Positions 1 to 10,380 of a DNA stretch of 64,000 nt are shown here, in pieces. The notes under the pieces are model-generated. The model had not been told where the DNA came from, searched no databases, and saw nothing but the letters and a program-made list of their open reading frames with translations. Origin of the DNA: an uncultured delta proteobacterium. GTDB taxonomy: Bacteria; Desulfobacterota; Binatia; UBA9968. The translations under genes and the position numbers were made by a program. Where the stretch lies: contig CAWJBB010000030.1 of assembly GCA_963840855.1 (NCBI GenBank), positions 1 through 64,000 on the forward strand, given 5' to 3'. The first letter of the stretch is position 1. The number at the start of each line of letters is the position of its first letter.

Positions 1-63
1 ACGACCACCCCCTTTTCTTTTTTACCTTCTCGGCAGGTCACCCCAGGTCAATTTTGTTGTCAA

Positions 64-2481
64 ATGATCAAACGTTGCTTCGTAAGCTCTAAGCTTTTCA
101 ACCACCTATCGCTGCTAACTTTGGTTGCGATGATTTTGTGGTTTTGCGAAGCAATAATTTTTCGCGGCCAAGTTCCCCTGTTTCGCGATTTGAGCCTTTA
201 CTTCTATCCGCTGCGATTTAGTCTCGCACAGTGCTTGATTTCTGGAGAGGTACCGCTCTGGGACCGCCATATGGCGCAGGGTTTCCCGCTTCTGGCCGCT
301 CTTCAACCTGGAGTATTTTATCCGCCACATTTGCTGCTTGGAGTGCTGCCATTTTTTTCGGCTATTCGCATCCTTTTTGTTCTCCACTTTCTGATCGCGG
401 GCGTCGGCGCCTACAAGCTCTCACGGGAATGGCAATACACTTGTTTCATGTCCGTATTAGGGGCGCTGCTCTTCACCTTCGGCGGGACGATGGTTTCGCT
501 AAGCAACCTTTTGAATCATTTTCAGAGTGCGGTTTGGTTACCATGGATTTTACTGGCGTGGGAACGTCTCCTGATTTCCCCAAAGTGGAGTAAGTTCCTC
601 ACTTTTGCATCGATTTTGGCGCTTCAACTTCTGGCCGGCTCGCCGGAGATTTTTGCAATGACCATGGGACTGGTTATTCTTGATGGGCTTCGAGTCCACT
701 GGACCGACGCGACTCTGCCGATCGGCAGGATTTTTACATTTCTGCTCGCCGCGGTTCTCGTGGTTATCGCAGCTTCCATGGTGCAACTTATGCCAACTGC
801 CGAGCTCTTTTTGAATTCCCGGAGACAACAAGCGATACCCCTTGTGGAGGCAATGGGATCGTCGCTCAAACCTTTGAGTCTCATCAACTTGCTGATCCCG
901 GACAAAGAAATTGATCTCAGCGAAATGATGGGGATAAAATTTTTCTTTGCTCTGAAACCAGCGTTTTTGATTACCTATTACCTGAGCAGCATCTCCCTTT
1001 TCGGAATCTGCCTATGGCTTTATTACGGCTCGTTACGAGAAAAGACCTTGGTAATCTTGCTCATAACCGGCGCGCTTGTCGTCGCCATGGGCGGCTACAC
1101 GCCTGTGTATCCGATCCTATTTCACTATGTACCAATGGTCGCCGCCTTCCGTTACACTGAGAAGTTTTTTTTCATCGTTTACGCGCTCCTCGTGTTCGTT
1201 ACAGTAAAGGGTCTCGGCAACATCACGAATTCCGAGGACGGTCGAACGAACGTCTTTTTCTTGATCGTCGGGTCGGTTTGTCTTGTTTGGCTTACTGTTT
1301 ATCTGGCGGCACAGTTTGATCCTGATTTCGTGGCGCAGTTAGTGACGGCCCAAAGTGGCTTAGTTCCATCATCGGTGGCTCACATCAACGCGGTTGCGGC
1401 TGTGGTCGCGAACATTGAAAGACAGATGTTGTTGTCCTTTGGTGTTGGTTTGTTGCTATGTTCGCTAAAGTTAAAAAGGCTCCCTGTACCGCTGGCGGGC
1501 ACATTGCTGGTTTGCCTGGTCTATGCCGATCTAACGTCAGTCCATAAAGGGTTTCTGTTTCCTGCGCGTCCTGGCGACGCCACAGACGAGCTCGGAATTG
1601 CCGCTCTTCAAAAAAGTGGAAACAGCAGATTATTTTACTATCCTTCCGACAAAAACCTTCACCCTAGCTCATTTCATGTGAGCGCCTGGCCATCGTTTGA
1701 AAAAACACTTGCCGTGTGGTTTCAAAATCTGCTGCCAAACGTTGGCGTAATGCATGGAGTTGACTATATGCAGGAAATCGATGCGCTGGGCAGGCGTCCC
1801 TACACCGATTTCTTAAACTTCGCCAACCGTATTGATCCGCAGTCGCAGATTAGACTCCTGCGCGCATTCAACGTGGGGCATGTTGTTTCGTTTCGGCCGC
1901 TGTCTATCGCCGGACTCAGCCCTTTGGGAGAATTCCCCGAGTATTATTCCTGGCTTTACAAAGTCGATCAGCCGGTTCCACGAGCCTATATCGTGTCTAA
2001 GAGCACGGTCGAAAAGGATCCGGCCCGCACGCTTCAACGGCTCGCCGATAAAGGGTTCGATCCAATGGCGGAGGTTATTCTTGATCAAGAAATTCCGGTT
2101 CGGCCGACGCGCTCCAGTGAGGCCAAGACCAACATCTTAAGCTATCGAAATACCTTTGTAACGATTGAAACCGAAACCAACAATGACGGGATTCTAGTAC
2201 TTCTCGACTCCCACTACCCAGGGTGGAAGGCATACGTTGACGGCAGGGAAACTTCCATCGTAAAAGCAAATCATTTTTACCGTGCGGTCCAGGTACCCAA
2301 AGGACGACATTTTGTCGAGTTCAAGTATGAACCCCTTTCTTTCAAGATTGGCCTGATCATCTCTTCGCTCACTCTATTTTCCATCGCGGCGATTTCCCTG
2401 GTATTATTTCTCTGCAAGGGAGAAGCAGTTCTGCCGCGGTTTTCGCGGCCCGCAACCTGGATTCCAGTCAACAAGAACTGA
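64..2481 (+). CDS. YfhO-family polytopic membrane protein (GT-C-like glycosyltransferase)
   Basis: Many TM segments; N-terminal RDL..YFYP / PLW....GFP.LA..Q.GVFYP motif; C-terminal DSHYPGWKAYVDG...ANHFYRAV.VPKG.H.VEF.YEP typical of YfhO. Confidence 0.85.
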   Translation: MIKRCFVSSKLFNHLSLLTLVAMILWFCEAIIFRGQVPLFRDLSLYFYPLRFSLAQCLISGEVPLWDRHMAQGFPLLAALQPGVFYPPHLLLGVLPFFSAIRILFVLHFLIAGVGAYKLSREWQYTCFMSVLGALLFTFGGTMVSLSNLLNHFQSAVWLPWILLAWERLLISPKWSKFLTFASILALQLLAGSPEIFAMTMGLVILDGLRVHWTDATLPIGRIFTFLLAAVLVVIAASMVQLMPTAELFLNSRRQQAIPLVEAMGSSLKPLSLINLLIPDKEIDLSEMMGIKFFFALKPAFLITYYLSSISLFGICLWLYYGSLREKTLVILLITGALVVAMGGYTPVYPILFHYVPMVAAFRYTEKFFFIVYALLVFVTVKGLGNITNSEDGRTNVFFLIVGSVCLVWLTVYLAAQFDPDFVAQLVTAQSGLVPSSVAHINAVAAVVANIERQMLLSFGVGLLLCSLKLKRLPVPLAGTLLVCLVYADLTSVHKGFLFPARPGDATDELGIAALQKSGNSRLFYYPSDKNLHPSSFHVSAWPSFEKTLAVWFQNLLPNVGVMHGVDYMQEIDALGRRPYTDFLNFANRIDPQSQIRLLRAFNVGHVVSFRPLSIAGLSPLGEFPEYYSWLYKVDQPVPRAYIVSKSTVEKDPARTLQRLADKGFDPMAEVILDQEIPVRPTRSSEAKTNILSYRNTFVTIETETNNDGILVLLDSHYPGWKAYVDGRETSIVKANHFYRAVQVPKGRHFVEFKYEPLSFKIGLIISSLTLFSIAAISLVLFLCKGEAVLPRFSRPATWIPVNKN

Positions 2482-2520
2482 TCATCGTCTGCGTCGATTG
2501 CTTTTCTTCTATGACCCGGG

Positions 2521-2560
2521 CAAAAAAACCCCCCCGGAGCGCGGCCCGGGGGGTTTTTTG
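2521..2560. terminator. Bidirectional intrinsic terminator
   Basis: A-tract, C-run/G-run stem with short loop, T-tract (caaaaaaaccccccc-gg...cc-ggggggg-ttttttg) between two convergent genes. Confidence 0.85.
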
Positions 2561-2587
2561 ATTGGATCGCGTGCCGATGATAGTGAC

Positions 2588-3547
2588 TTACGCAGCAGAC
2601 TTCGACCGCGTCGCTTCTACCAGAGGGCGATATTTTTCGTTCAGTTTCATCCAGTGGGCTGCGCGCGCTTTCGCCTCGGCGAGCTTTGCTTCAGGGAAGG
2701 TGACAAACGGCACGCGGGTTGGACCGACCTTGCAATAGTCAGCGAATTCCGCGGGGCGTTTGTTGCCCGATCCTGGAACGGGTTTCCCTGCTCCTACACT
2801 GCTTAGGTCTTCGATCACTTCCTTCGCTTTTTGGTTGTCGCCTTTGCGCACTTGCTCGACTAGGTAGAGAATCGGCCACGGGCCCATCCAGACTTCCGTC
2901 GACCAGCAACCGGCGGCACCCATCTCATAGTAGGGATACAGCTGTGACTGGTTGACGAAGACGCTGATCTTGCCTTTGACGATCCGTTGCAGGTTCATGA
3001 AGGCTTGCGTCGTTCTGTGGCTGTCCTTCATGCCGATGATGTTGGGTTTCTTCACCAATTCTTTGAACGCGGCGACGGGAATCGTGAACTTGTGGTTGTC
3101 GGGGTTGTGGTAAATCACGATATTCAGCGTTGGGAACAGATCGGCGATATCGTGATAGAACTTGATGGCATCCTGGACGTGTAGCGTCTCGTAATAGGGC
3201 ACGCCAAGCAGAACTCCATCGGCGCCGGTGTCCTTGACGAAATTCATCTTCTGGATGACCTCGCGCGGATTGCAGCTGGTGACACCGAGGAAGAGCGGCA
3301 CCCGTTTCTTGACTGTTTCCACCGTGGCAACAGCGAGAGTTTTGAACTCGTCGAACAGCAAGTTGTAGCACTCGCCGTAAGTCCCGGTGGTTGCGATATT
3401 TTGCAACCCGTCTTTAATGATCTTATCGACGCCTTCCTTTAGGTTATCCACCGCGACCGTTTGCGTCGCCCGGACATCCACCGCGTCGGGCGTGGCAAAC
3501 GCCGGCATCATACCGAGCACCCCGTTAAGCTCACTGGCAGAAATCAT
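2588..3547 (-). CDS. DHDPS/NAL-family aldolase, NahE/PhdJ-like hydratase-aldolase subgroup
   Basis: GTYGE motif (GxxGE), MPAFATPDA N-terminus, IYHNP, Schiff-base GMKDS; SD ggaggt upstream of ATG. Confidence 0.75.
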   Translation of the reverse strand: MISASELNGVLGMMPAFATPDAVDVRATQTVAVDNLKEGVDKIIKDGLQNIATTGTYGECYNLLFDEFKTLAVATVETVKKRVPLFLGVTSCNPREVIQKMNFVKDTGADGVLLGVPYYETLHVQDAIKFYHDIADLFPTLNIVIYHNPDNHKFTIPVAAFKELVKKPNIIGMKDSHRTTQAFMNLQRIVKGKISVFVNQSQLYPYYEMGAAGCWSTEVWMGPWPILYLVEQVRKGDNQKAKEVIEDLSSVGAGKPVPGSGNKRPAEFADYCKVGPTRVPFVTFPEAKLAEAKARAAHWMKLNEKYRPLVEATRSKSAA

Positions 3548-3704
3548 TGAACACCTCCCTTTATTCTGATTTTCCCAATTAACTTGGACCTAGAGTCTTG
3601 TTTCGCGCATCACCCCAACTACGGCCTACTTAGCAATTTCAACATGTCGCTGTCAAACCTGTGGGTTGGTGGCTTTTGAGTTGAGGTATTTTTGCAGGTA
3701 AATG

Positions 3705-3780
<76 letters not shown>

Positions 3781-4156
3781 TTACATCGAATAAATAGGTG
3801 ATATTGACGCGTAATTTAACACGTCGCGGTAAAGTTTCAAATGCCACGGGGACACGATTGTAAGTCGAAGAATCCGGCTTTGAAGCGACATATTCTTCGT
3901 CTTCCCGAGAAATTTCCGACGATTTTGACCCATTGAATCGTCTCACAAAGGTAACGGATCTACTAGCTTAGCTAGGGCGGACAGTTCTCGTCGCGGGAAC
4001 AGCGAGTTATTTCCTGCCCGATGTCGTCAGATCGTCGATAGCGATCGCTGATTCTTCCGGGCGGTGAAAGCGGAATACGTGTGCGAATCATTTGGAAAGA
4101 CAATTAAGATAGGTCCACCGAGCGGCAATTCGTATCAGCATAACGAAAGGGAGTAT

Positions 4157-4369
4157 ATGAAACGGGACTGCATCTTCTTCTTCGATAAGTATCTGTTCTC
4201 TGCGGAAGCCGCCGCCGTGCCACAAGGTTATTACGGTACACCCTTGAGAGAAATTCGTAGTTTGCATATTTCGGCTCTGGACCCCGAGGTAAATCTCGAA
4301 CTCTCTCACGTTCTTCTGGCGAATATACAAGCGGATGTGGACGGCGACGTTGTTTTGGCTCATAACTAA
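4157..4369 (+). CDS. Hypothetical 70-aa protein
   Basis: ATG preceded by good SD (aaagggag); no recognisable motif. Confidence 0.35.
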   Translation: MKRDCIFFFDKYLFSAEAAAVPQGYYGTPLREIRSLHISALDPEVNLELSHVLLANIQADVDGDVVLAHN

Positions 4370-4432
4370 ACTACCAAATCCCGAACGAGCTCGACAACAC
4401 GCGCCGTAGAGGCGTCGGTAATTGGAGGCACG

Positions 4433-5896
4433 ATGACGATGGTCGGAAAATATATGTCGCACCTCGTGCTTGCGTTGATGGCCGCATCGACAGCATCTTA
4501 CGTTTTTTTGATTAGCCGGTGGGGCTTTGGAACATCGCCGGATTCCATAGTTTACATCGCCGGAGCGCGCAGCCTGGCGGCCGGGCGGGGTTTTTCGCTC
4601 CCATCAATGGGCGGCGATCCGTCGCCGATCGTGCAGTTTCCACCTTTGTTCTCCGCGCTTCTCTCCATGTTCGGGCTGGCTGCCATCGACCCTCTGGATG
4701 GAGCTTCGATACTCAACGGGGTTCTGTTTGCACTGAATATCTATCTGGCAGGACTGTTCGTATACCGGGTGAGCAAAATACCAGAGGCGGGATTCATCGC
4801 GGCAGCGCTAACACTTACGGCTCCTGCAATACTGACAACTCACACGATGGTATGGTCAGAAGCGCTGTTTCTTTTTCTCGTCCTTGCCACCGCCGTCGCA
4901 ACCGTTCGCTACCTGGAGGAACCAGACTACCGTCTTCTGCTCGTGATCTTGCCGGCGGCGCTGTTTGCGCCTTTGACTCGCTACGCAGGCGTCGCCGTTC
5001 TCGTCGCTGCGTTCTTCACGATCGCAAGAAGGAACGTCCGGCACGCGGCAGCATTCACTTTGTCCGCCAGCTTAGGACTTGGAGCGTGGCTGGCGCGAAA
5101 TTACATTCTAGTAGCTGATCTCACTAACCGGAGTGTCGTCTTTCACCTACCTACCGCCGAGCAGCTCGCACTCGCCGCCCAGACCATGCTCGAATGGTTC
5201 GGCGGGCTGCTGTTGGCGGTGGTGTTCGGGGGATTGGTTGTGATCACAATTCTGCGCCGTCCGGAGGCAAAGGGCGCACCGCAAGGGTTGACATTTCTGA
5301 TGAACTTCGCCCTGGCGTACGCCGGCGTCCTTATGCTGTCAATTTTTTTCGCCGACGCTCAAACTCCCCTGGATCGCCGAATTCTTTCTCCCTTCTACCT
5401 TGCGCTCTCGATTTATGCGGTGATCTGGGTTACGTTCAATACGGTCCGTCCTCTACGTCTTGCGTGGGGAGCCCTGGCCGTTCTCGTCGTCGCGTTGAAC
5501 TCATGGACTTCGATCTTCTGGCTGGACGTGCTTTCGAATCGAGGCGTCGGATTCTCGAGCTCTCTTTGGCGATCCTCTCCCACCATAGCGTACCTGAAAA
5601 CACATAAAGCACTGCCGATGCACACGAACGCTCCGGATCCCGTCCACCTCCTCGTCGGAACGCCGGCAGCGATGATTCCACGCCACATTGATCCCGGTAC
5701 CCGTCTTGCGAATCCCGATTATGTGAACCAGATGTCGCAGGTCAAGCAGAACGGCGGGACGGTGGTCTACTTCCGCACAGTCACATGGCGTACATACTTG
5801 CCAACAGAGGATCGCCTGCAGACTGAACTCGGCCTGTCGCGAATAGCGGATCTTGGCGACGGCGCTGTCTATGCGATCCACTCCGCAACGCGGTAA
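4433..5896 (+). CDS. ArnT/PMT-like (GT-C) membrane glycosyltransferase
   Basis: SPDS..YI..A, FPPLF, WSEALF, LTRYAG motifs; about 11 TM helices plus periplasmic C-terminus. Confidence 0.75.
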   Translation: MTMVGKYMSHLVLALMAASTASYVFLISRWGFGTSPDSIVYIAGARSLAAGRGFSLPSMGGDPSPIVQFPPLFSALLSMFGLAAIDPLDGASILNGVLFALNIYLAGLFVYRVSKIPEAGFIAAALTLTAPAILTTHTMVWSEALFLFLVLATAVATVRYLEEPDYRLLLVILPAALFAPLTRYAGVAVLVAAFFTIARRNVRHAAAFTLSASLGLGAWLARNYILVADLTNRSVVFHLPTAEQLALAAQTMLEWFGGLLLAVVFGGLVVITILRRPEAKGAPQGLTFLMNFALAYAGVLMLSIFFADAQTPLDRRILSPFYLALSIYAVIWVTFNTVRPLRLAWGALAVLVVALNSWTSIFWLDVLSNRGVGFSSSLWRSSPTIAYLKTHKALPMHTNAPDPVHLLVGTPAAMIPRHIDPGTRLANPDYVNQMSQVKQNGGTVVYFRTVTWRTYLPTEDRLQTELGLSRIADLGDGAVYAIHSATR

Positions 5897-6004
5897 AGCG
5901 CCTTCCTGCGGCGCCACCACGCATTTTTGGCGGATGCGGTATGAAGGAACTCAAATCGGGGGTGATTTTTGCTGTTCTCGATCGCTTCTAGAGCAGGAGC
6001 TAAT

Positions 6005-6128
6005 ATGGCACGGGGCGCCAGAGTGGACGGAGTATCTGGGGGCTCTGTATCACGTCACAATCCGAGGGAATCAACGTGGAAGGAAAATCCACGATGATCG
6101 GGCCCGGTCGAAATATTTGGCGCTTTTG
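6005..6128 (+). pseudogene. Truncated, frameshifted REP-associated tyrosine transposase (RAYT/Y1_Tnp) relic
   Basis: SD aggag, ATG 6005: MARGARV then frameshift to EYLGALYHVTIRGNQR...DDRARSKYLALL, matching the RAYT N-terminus pattern MARxxRxEYPGAxYHVxxRGN; similarity is lost after about 40 codons. Confidence 0.7.
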
Positions 6129-6331
6129 ACCCCGCATGCCCGATCCGGCGTTGAGACGACACATCCTCCGCGGCTAATCTCTTCCGCAGCGGTGGTAACG
6201 GTCGACGCGTTGACATGGGTCCGGTTTGTCGGGTAGTTTTCCATTCATAGCAGGCTGCTGCAAGAGTTGCCCGGAGTCTTTCGACGCTCAGTACGAACGG
6301 AGAGGCAACTTCCGGCCAGGAGGACAAGAAG

Positions 6332-7684
6332 ATGGCGGGACAAAACGGAAATTACCAAAACGTTAGTGGATTTATCTTTACCAGAGAAGAAAACGAGCAA
6401 CTCACTCGCGTGGGACCCGGGACATTGATGGGGGATTTGTTCCGACAGTATTGGATGGCGGTGATACCATCGTCTTTCCTTCCGGAATCCGGTGTCAAGC
6501 CGTTACGGGTGCGGCTCCTTTGCGAAGATCTGGTGTTATTCCGAACCGGCAAAGGAAAGATTGGTTTGGTCGGCGCATACTGCCAGCACCGTTTGGCGCC
6601 CCTCTATTTTGGCCGCATAGAGGACGAAGGCATTCGCTGTCCGTATCATGGCTGGAAGTACGCTCCTGACGGTACGTGCATGGAGATGCCGAATATCCCC
6701 GCCGAGCAGCAGTTCTGTGACTCAATTCATCACACTGGTTATCCTTGTGTCGAGTACGGCGGAATCATTTGGACTTACATGGGGCCGGCCAAAGAGGCGC
6801 CGCCTTTGCCGGAGTTCGAATTCGCCCAGGTGCCCGATGAGCAGCGGACTTACCGTGTGTTTCATCAGGAATGCAATTACCTCCAGGTCCTCGAAGGCGG
6901 TATCGACGCGACCCATGTCATGTGGCTGCATTCGCCCTATAATTTGAACAATGACGACGTTGCCCAGAAACACCAACCCTCGCAACAGTTGGTGGCGAAC
7001 AGATCGGGCATGAGGACGCCGATGGCGATTGAGATCATCGACACGGCGGCGGGCTTCATGTACGGAGCCAAGCGGCCGGTCGGCGAAGGCAAGGGATTAT
7101 GGCGCGTCAACCAATTTATCATGCCCTTTTATTCCATGCCGCCAGGCAGCGATCTGCGCGGCGCGCGGATCTACACTCCCATCGATGACGAGAACTCCAT
7201 CAAATGGCAGATTAACTGGTACCCCACGCGCGAGATCATGCAGGCGGCCAAGCTGGAAGACCGGCTGAATTTCGCGGAGGAGGATTACCTGCCGCCGAAC
7301 AACCAGCCTTATGGCTTCATACGTCCGAAAGCGACCAAGGAAAACGACTACCTGATCTCTTGGGATGTTCACCGCACGCAGCGCATGGGTATTACCGGCG
7401 TCAACCTTCAGGACCGGTGCGTGACTGAGAATGAAGGTCCGACACCGATTCTGGATCGAAGTAAAGAAAATCTCTGCAGTGGCGACTACGCCACCATCAA
7501 GGCGCGCCGGATGATGCTGAGCGCGGCCAAAGCGCTACGCGAGCATGGTACGCCCCCGCCAGGAGTGCGGGACCCACGCGTGTATCGGGTGCGCGCCTGC
7601 TCCCAGGTCGTTCCCGATTCGATTCCTTGGGTGGAAGGCGTGAAGAGCGATGTGCTGATTTCCGGCAGCACGGCGTTGGGCTGA
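6332..7684 (+). CDS. Rieske non-heme iron oxygenase alpha subunit (phthalate 4,5-dioxygenase/LigX-like)
   Basis: CQHR...CPYHGW Rieske motif; DATHVMWLH and LQD iron ligands; LTRVGPGTLMG.LFRQYW N-terminus. Confidence 0.9.
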   Translation: MAGQNGNYQNVSGFIFTREENEQLTRVGPGTLMGDLFRQYWMAVIPSSFLPESGVKPLRVRLLCEDLVLFRTGKGKIGLVGAYCQHRLAPLYFGRIEDEGIRCPYHGWKYAPDGTCMEMPNIPAEQQFCDSIHHTGYPCVEYGGIIWTYMGPAKEAPPLPEFEFAQVPDEQRTYRVFHQECNYLQVLEGGIDATHVMWLHSPYNLNNDDVAQKHQPSQQLVANRSGMRTPMAIEIIDTAAGFMYGAKRPVGEGKGLWRVNQFIMPFYSMPPGSDLRGARIYTPIDDENSIKWQINWYPTREIMQAAKLEDRLNFAEEDYLPPNNQPYGFIRPKATKENDYLISWDVHRTQRMGITGVNLQDRCVTENEGPTPILDRSKENLCSGDYATIKARRMMLSAAKALREHGTPPPGVRDPRVYRVRACSQVVPDSIPWVEGVKSDVLISGSTALG

Positions 7685-7718
7685 GACGATAACGTTGCTC
7701 AATAAGGGCGGCCACCGA

Positions 7719-8783
7719 TCAGTAGCCGTACTTCTCGACGATCGGTTGTAGCCGTTCGAGGTTGCGCTTGACCTCCTCGGTCTGAGAGATTTCCTGCCAG
7801 GCTTCCTGAGCCAATTCTTGCCTGATTACTTCCTTGACATCCTTGCGGGTGATCGAGGGAGACAATACGCCGGCGTCCTGATGCTCTTCGAGAATGCGCC
7901 ATACTCCTTCTTCGCTTAACTGACCATCCAAGGGGACGAAGTAACTCTCCATGAGCGCCGGTGAGAGGAGATCACGCATGCGTTCGGACTCATCGGGGTT
8001 GTCGACTCTGAGCTTGGCCTCGACAAAGCGGTGAAATGGGAAATTTTCCGGCGCCATGCGCATGGAGTGATAGCCGCGGATAGTCGCTTTCCAATAGCGC
8101 AGGATGAGTTCCGGGTTGCGCTCGATAAAGGATTTTCGCGCTATGGTGACCCGATCCGGCCTGCCATAGGGTTTGGTGTCTTCGACAAAATCGTAAATCT
8201 TGTTAAATCCCTGCTCCAAAAGCGTGGGAACAAAAGTATTGGCGACGATTGCGGCATCGGTCTCTCCGCGCAGCATGGGTTTCCACGCCTCTCGCATCGA
8301 ACCGTATTGGTAACCAATTTTCCATTCGATTTCGCGATCGGGATTGATGCCCACCTTGCGCAATTGGTGCTCGAACCACATCGTAGCAATCCCGCCTTTA
8401 TACCAGTCGCCGATTCTTTTGCCTTTGAGCTCTGGTATGGATTTGATACCCGGGGCGGCCACAAGCGTACCCGAGAACCAATTGCGCCAGCCGCCGATGA
8501 TGCGCACTTCGTCATTACCCAACGCCCGCTCGGCAAAGGGAGTGCGCACATGAACGTCCGGGATTATATCTATTCGGAATGCAATCATGTCGCGTAGGAC
8601 GGTGCCGACTTCATCGTATCTTTCACCATCCGGGCGGCTCGATTCGATGGCTTTAGGATTGACCTTCGCGTGGACGATTTCTACATCGAGTCCCTCCTGG
8701 GCGAACAGTCCCGCCTCAAGCGCATAAGTCGAGGCACGAACGTGGCCCGCATGCCAGCAACCATTACCTACCCGCAGTTTCAT
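7719..8783 (-). CDS. NMT1/SsuA-like SBP-fold protein without signal peptide, CWHxxH family paralog 1 (354 aa)
   Basis: EAGLFAQEGLDVEIV, ELKGKRIG, ETDAAIV, SFIERNPE PBP2 signatures; starts directly with MKLRVGNGCWH; SD aggag. Confidence 0.8.
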   Translation of the reverse strand: MKLRVGNGCWHAGHVRASTYALEAGLFAQEGLDVEIVHAKVNPKAIESSRPDGERYDEVGTVLRDMIAFRIDIIPDVHVRTPFAERALGNDEVRIIGGWRNWFSGTLVAAPGIKSIPELKGKRIGDWYKGGIATMWFEHQLRKVGINPDREIEWKIGYQYGSMREAWKPMLRGETDAAIVANTFVPTLLEQGFNKIYDFVEDTKPYGRPDRVTIARKSFIERNPELILRYWKATIRGYHSMRMAPENFPFHRFVEAKLRVDNPDESERMRDLLSPALMESYFVPLDGQLSEEGVWRILEEHQDAGVLSPSITRKDVKEVIRQELAQEAWQEISQTEEVKRNLERLQPIVEKYGY

Positions 8784-8852
8784 GATGACTCCTTAAAAAT
8801 CGATGCGTTGGAATGAAGGGCGCAAGAAATGTCGCCCCACAGGCACGCCGAA

Positions 8853-8881
8853 CCTAGCAAAAATTACAAATCTCCGTCAAG
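8853..8881 (-). promoter_or_regulatory. Sigma70-like promoter for paralog 1
   Basis: Minus strand TTGACG-N17-TAGGTT with extended -10 TG. Confidence 0.45.
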
Positions 8882-8939
8882 TTTGGCGCATTCGCCGCCC
8901 AACACTTCCGCTGTAGGTAATGATTTGGCTCAGGCACGT

Positions 8940-9346
8940 TCACCGCTTTATTTGCTCGAAGAATCCTTCCTTATCCAACTCAGCAACCAGGCTCGAATCC
9001 GCGAAGTCGGCCGGTTTCTTGCCCTTGAGCTCAGGGATCGCGGGGCTCATATCCTCAATCGCGGCTTCCAGGGCCTCTCTGATGGGATAAGGTTTATCAG
9101 GGTGAAGTCTGATCGTGTAGTTGGTGTGGGTCGACTCAAGAAAACGCGGTTCGACCTTGAGATATTTCTGCATCACTCGGAAGACGATCTCTTTGTTGGT
9201 TTTAGCCAGCCAGATTCCCTCGGAGATAGCTTTTAAAAAGGCCTTCAACTGTTGGCGCTGTGTTCCTGGCCGTAGCCGCTGTGCGCGCCGAACAACACGA
9301 GAAGAAGGCACCCCACGAACCCTGGTTTGCACAAAAGATGTCTCAC
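8940..9346 (-). pseudogene. NMT1-type SBP with large internal deletion
   Basis: GTG 9346 with SD aaggag encodes signal peptide MRHLLCKPGFVGCLLLVLFGAHSGYGQE, joined out of frame to the last about 100 residues (KAFLKAISEG...DSSLVAELDKEGFF). Confidence 0.7.
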
Positions 9347-9375
9347 TTACGGGCACTCCTTTGCGCCAACTTCAG

Positions 9376-10380
9376 CTACCGATAGAGGCGCGCGAAAAAA
9401 CCTTCGCGTTCAATCTCTTTGAGCAGGCTGTCATCGATGAAATTGGCTACTCTTTGCCCTTTTAGATGCGGGTTTGTCGGCGCCAACAAATCAATCGTTC
9501 TTTGCATGCCCTTTTCCTCGGGATACGGCTTCGTTTGGATCACGCCCAGCACATAGTTGTTGTATATGCTCTCGAGGAGAACTGCCTCATCTGTTTTGAG
9601 ATACTTGCGGTAGACGCGGAGAACTAGCTCTTTGTCTTTTCGGGCCAGCCAGATCGCCTCGCAAAGCGCCTGTAGGAAAGCCTTGGCCGTCTCCCGGTTT
9701 TGCTTCAGGAACGGCCGTGAAGTCATCAGATCGCCACCACTAGCATAGACTCCGTGCTCCAGCACATCCGCCAAAATGTTCACCTTATAGCCTTTTAATT
9801 CCATTTTTAGGACGTTGTCCAAAACCGCCAAGGTTGCGTCGATCTTGCCGCGATGAATAAGGAGGACTCGCTCGGCGGAGCTACTCAAGCCCGTGCTCAG
9901 AAGCTGTACGTCTTTTCCTGGGATCAGACCTAACTGCGGCAACAGGTCCTGCAACGCAAAGTCTGTGGCACCGCCCGCGCGGTCCGTGCCGATGACTTTT
10001 CCTTTCAATCGGTGGATCGAGTTGATCGACGGATGGGCCACGAGCTTGTAAGGGGTTGGACCGATGTTAGCGATGATCGCTATCGGTCCCCCTTGCGCGG
10101 CGAGTGAAATCCCCGCCACTCCGGAGGTCGCAACCATCTGCACATCTCCGGCGAGAAGCGCGTTGAGCGCCACCGGAGCGCCGCTGATAAAAACGAGGTT
10201 TGCGTCGAGCCCGTATTTCTCATAAAGCTTTGCTTCTTTGGCGACCCAATAGGGAATCCGCGATGACGAAGCGGCGCCGTAGGCCAGTTGCAACTTTCGC
10301 AGCTGTTTCTCCTGCGGCCGGGCGGCTCCGCATAAAAAAAGAAGAACGATGGCAATTGAAACCGCGGCGATCTTCGACAT
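9376..10380 (-). CDS. NMT1/SsuA/TauA-family ABC substrate-binding protein
   Basis: Signal peptide MSKIAAV...; WVAKEAKLYEKYGLD, LKGKVIG, FIDDSLLKEIEREGFF. Confidence 0.85.
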   Translation of the reverse strand: MSKIAAVSIAIVLLFLCGAARPQEKQLRKLQLAYGAASSSRIPYWVAKEAKLYEKYGLDANLVFISGAPVALNALLAGDVQMVATSGVAGISLAAQGGPIAIIANIGPTPYKLVAHPSINSIHRLKGKVIGTDRAGGATDFALQDLLPQLGLIPGKDVQLLSTGLSSSAERVLLIHRGKIDATLAVLDNVLKMELKGYKVNILADVLEHGVYASGGDLMTSRPFLKQNRETAKAFLQALCEAIWLARKDKELVLRVYRKYLKTDEAVLLESIYNNYVLGVIQTKPYPEEKGMQRTIDLLAPTNPHLKGQRVANFIDDSLLKEIEREGFFARLYR

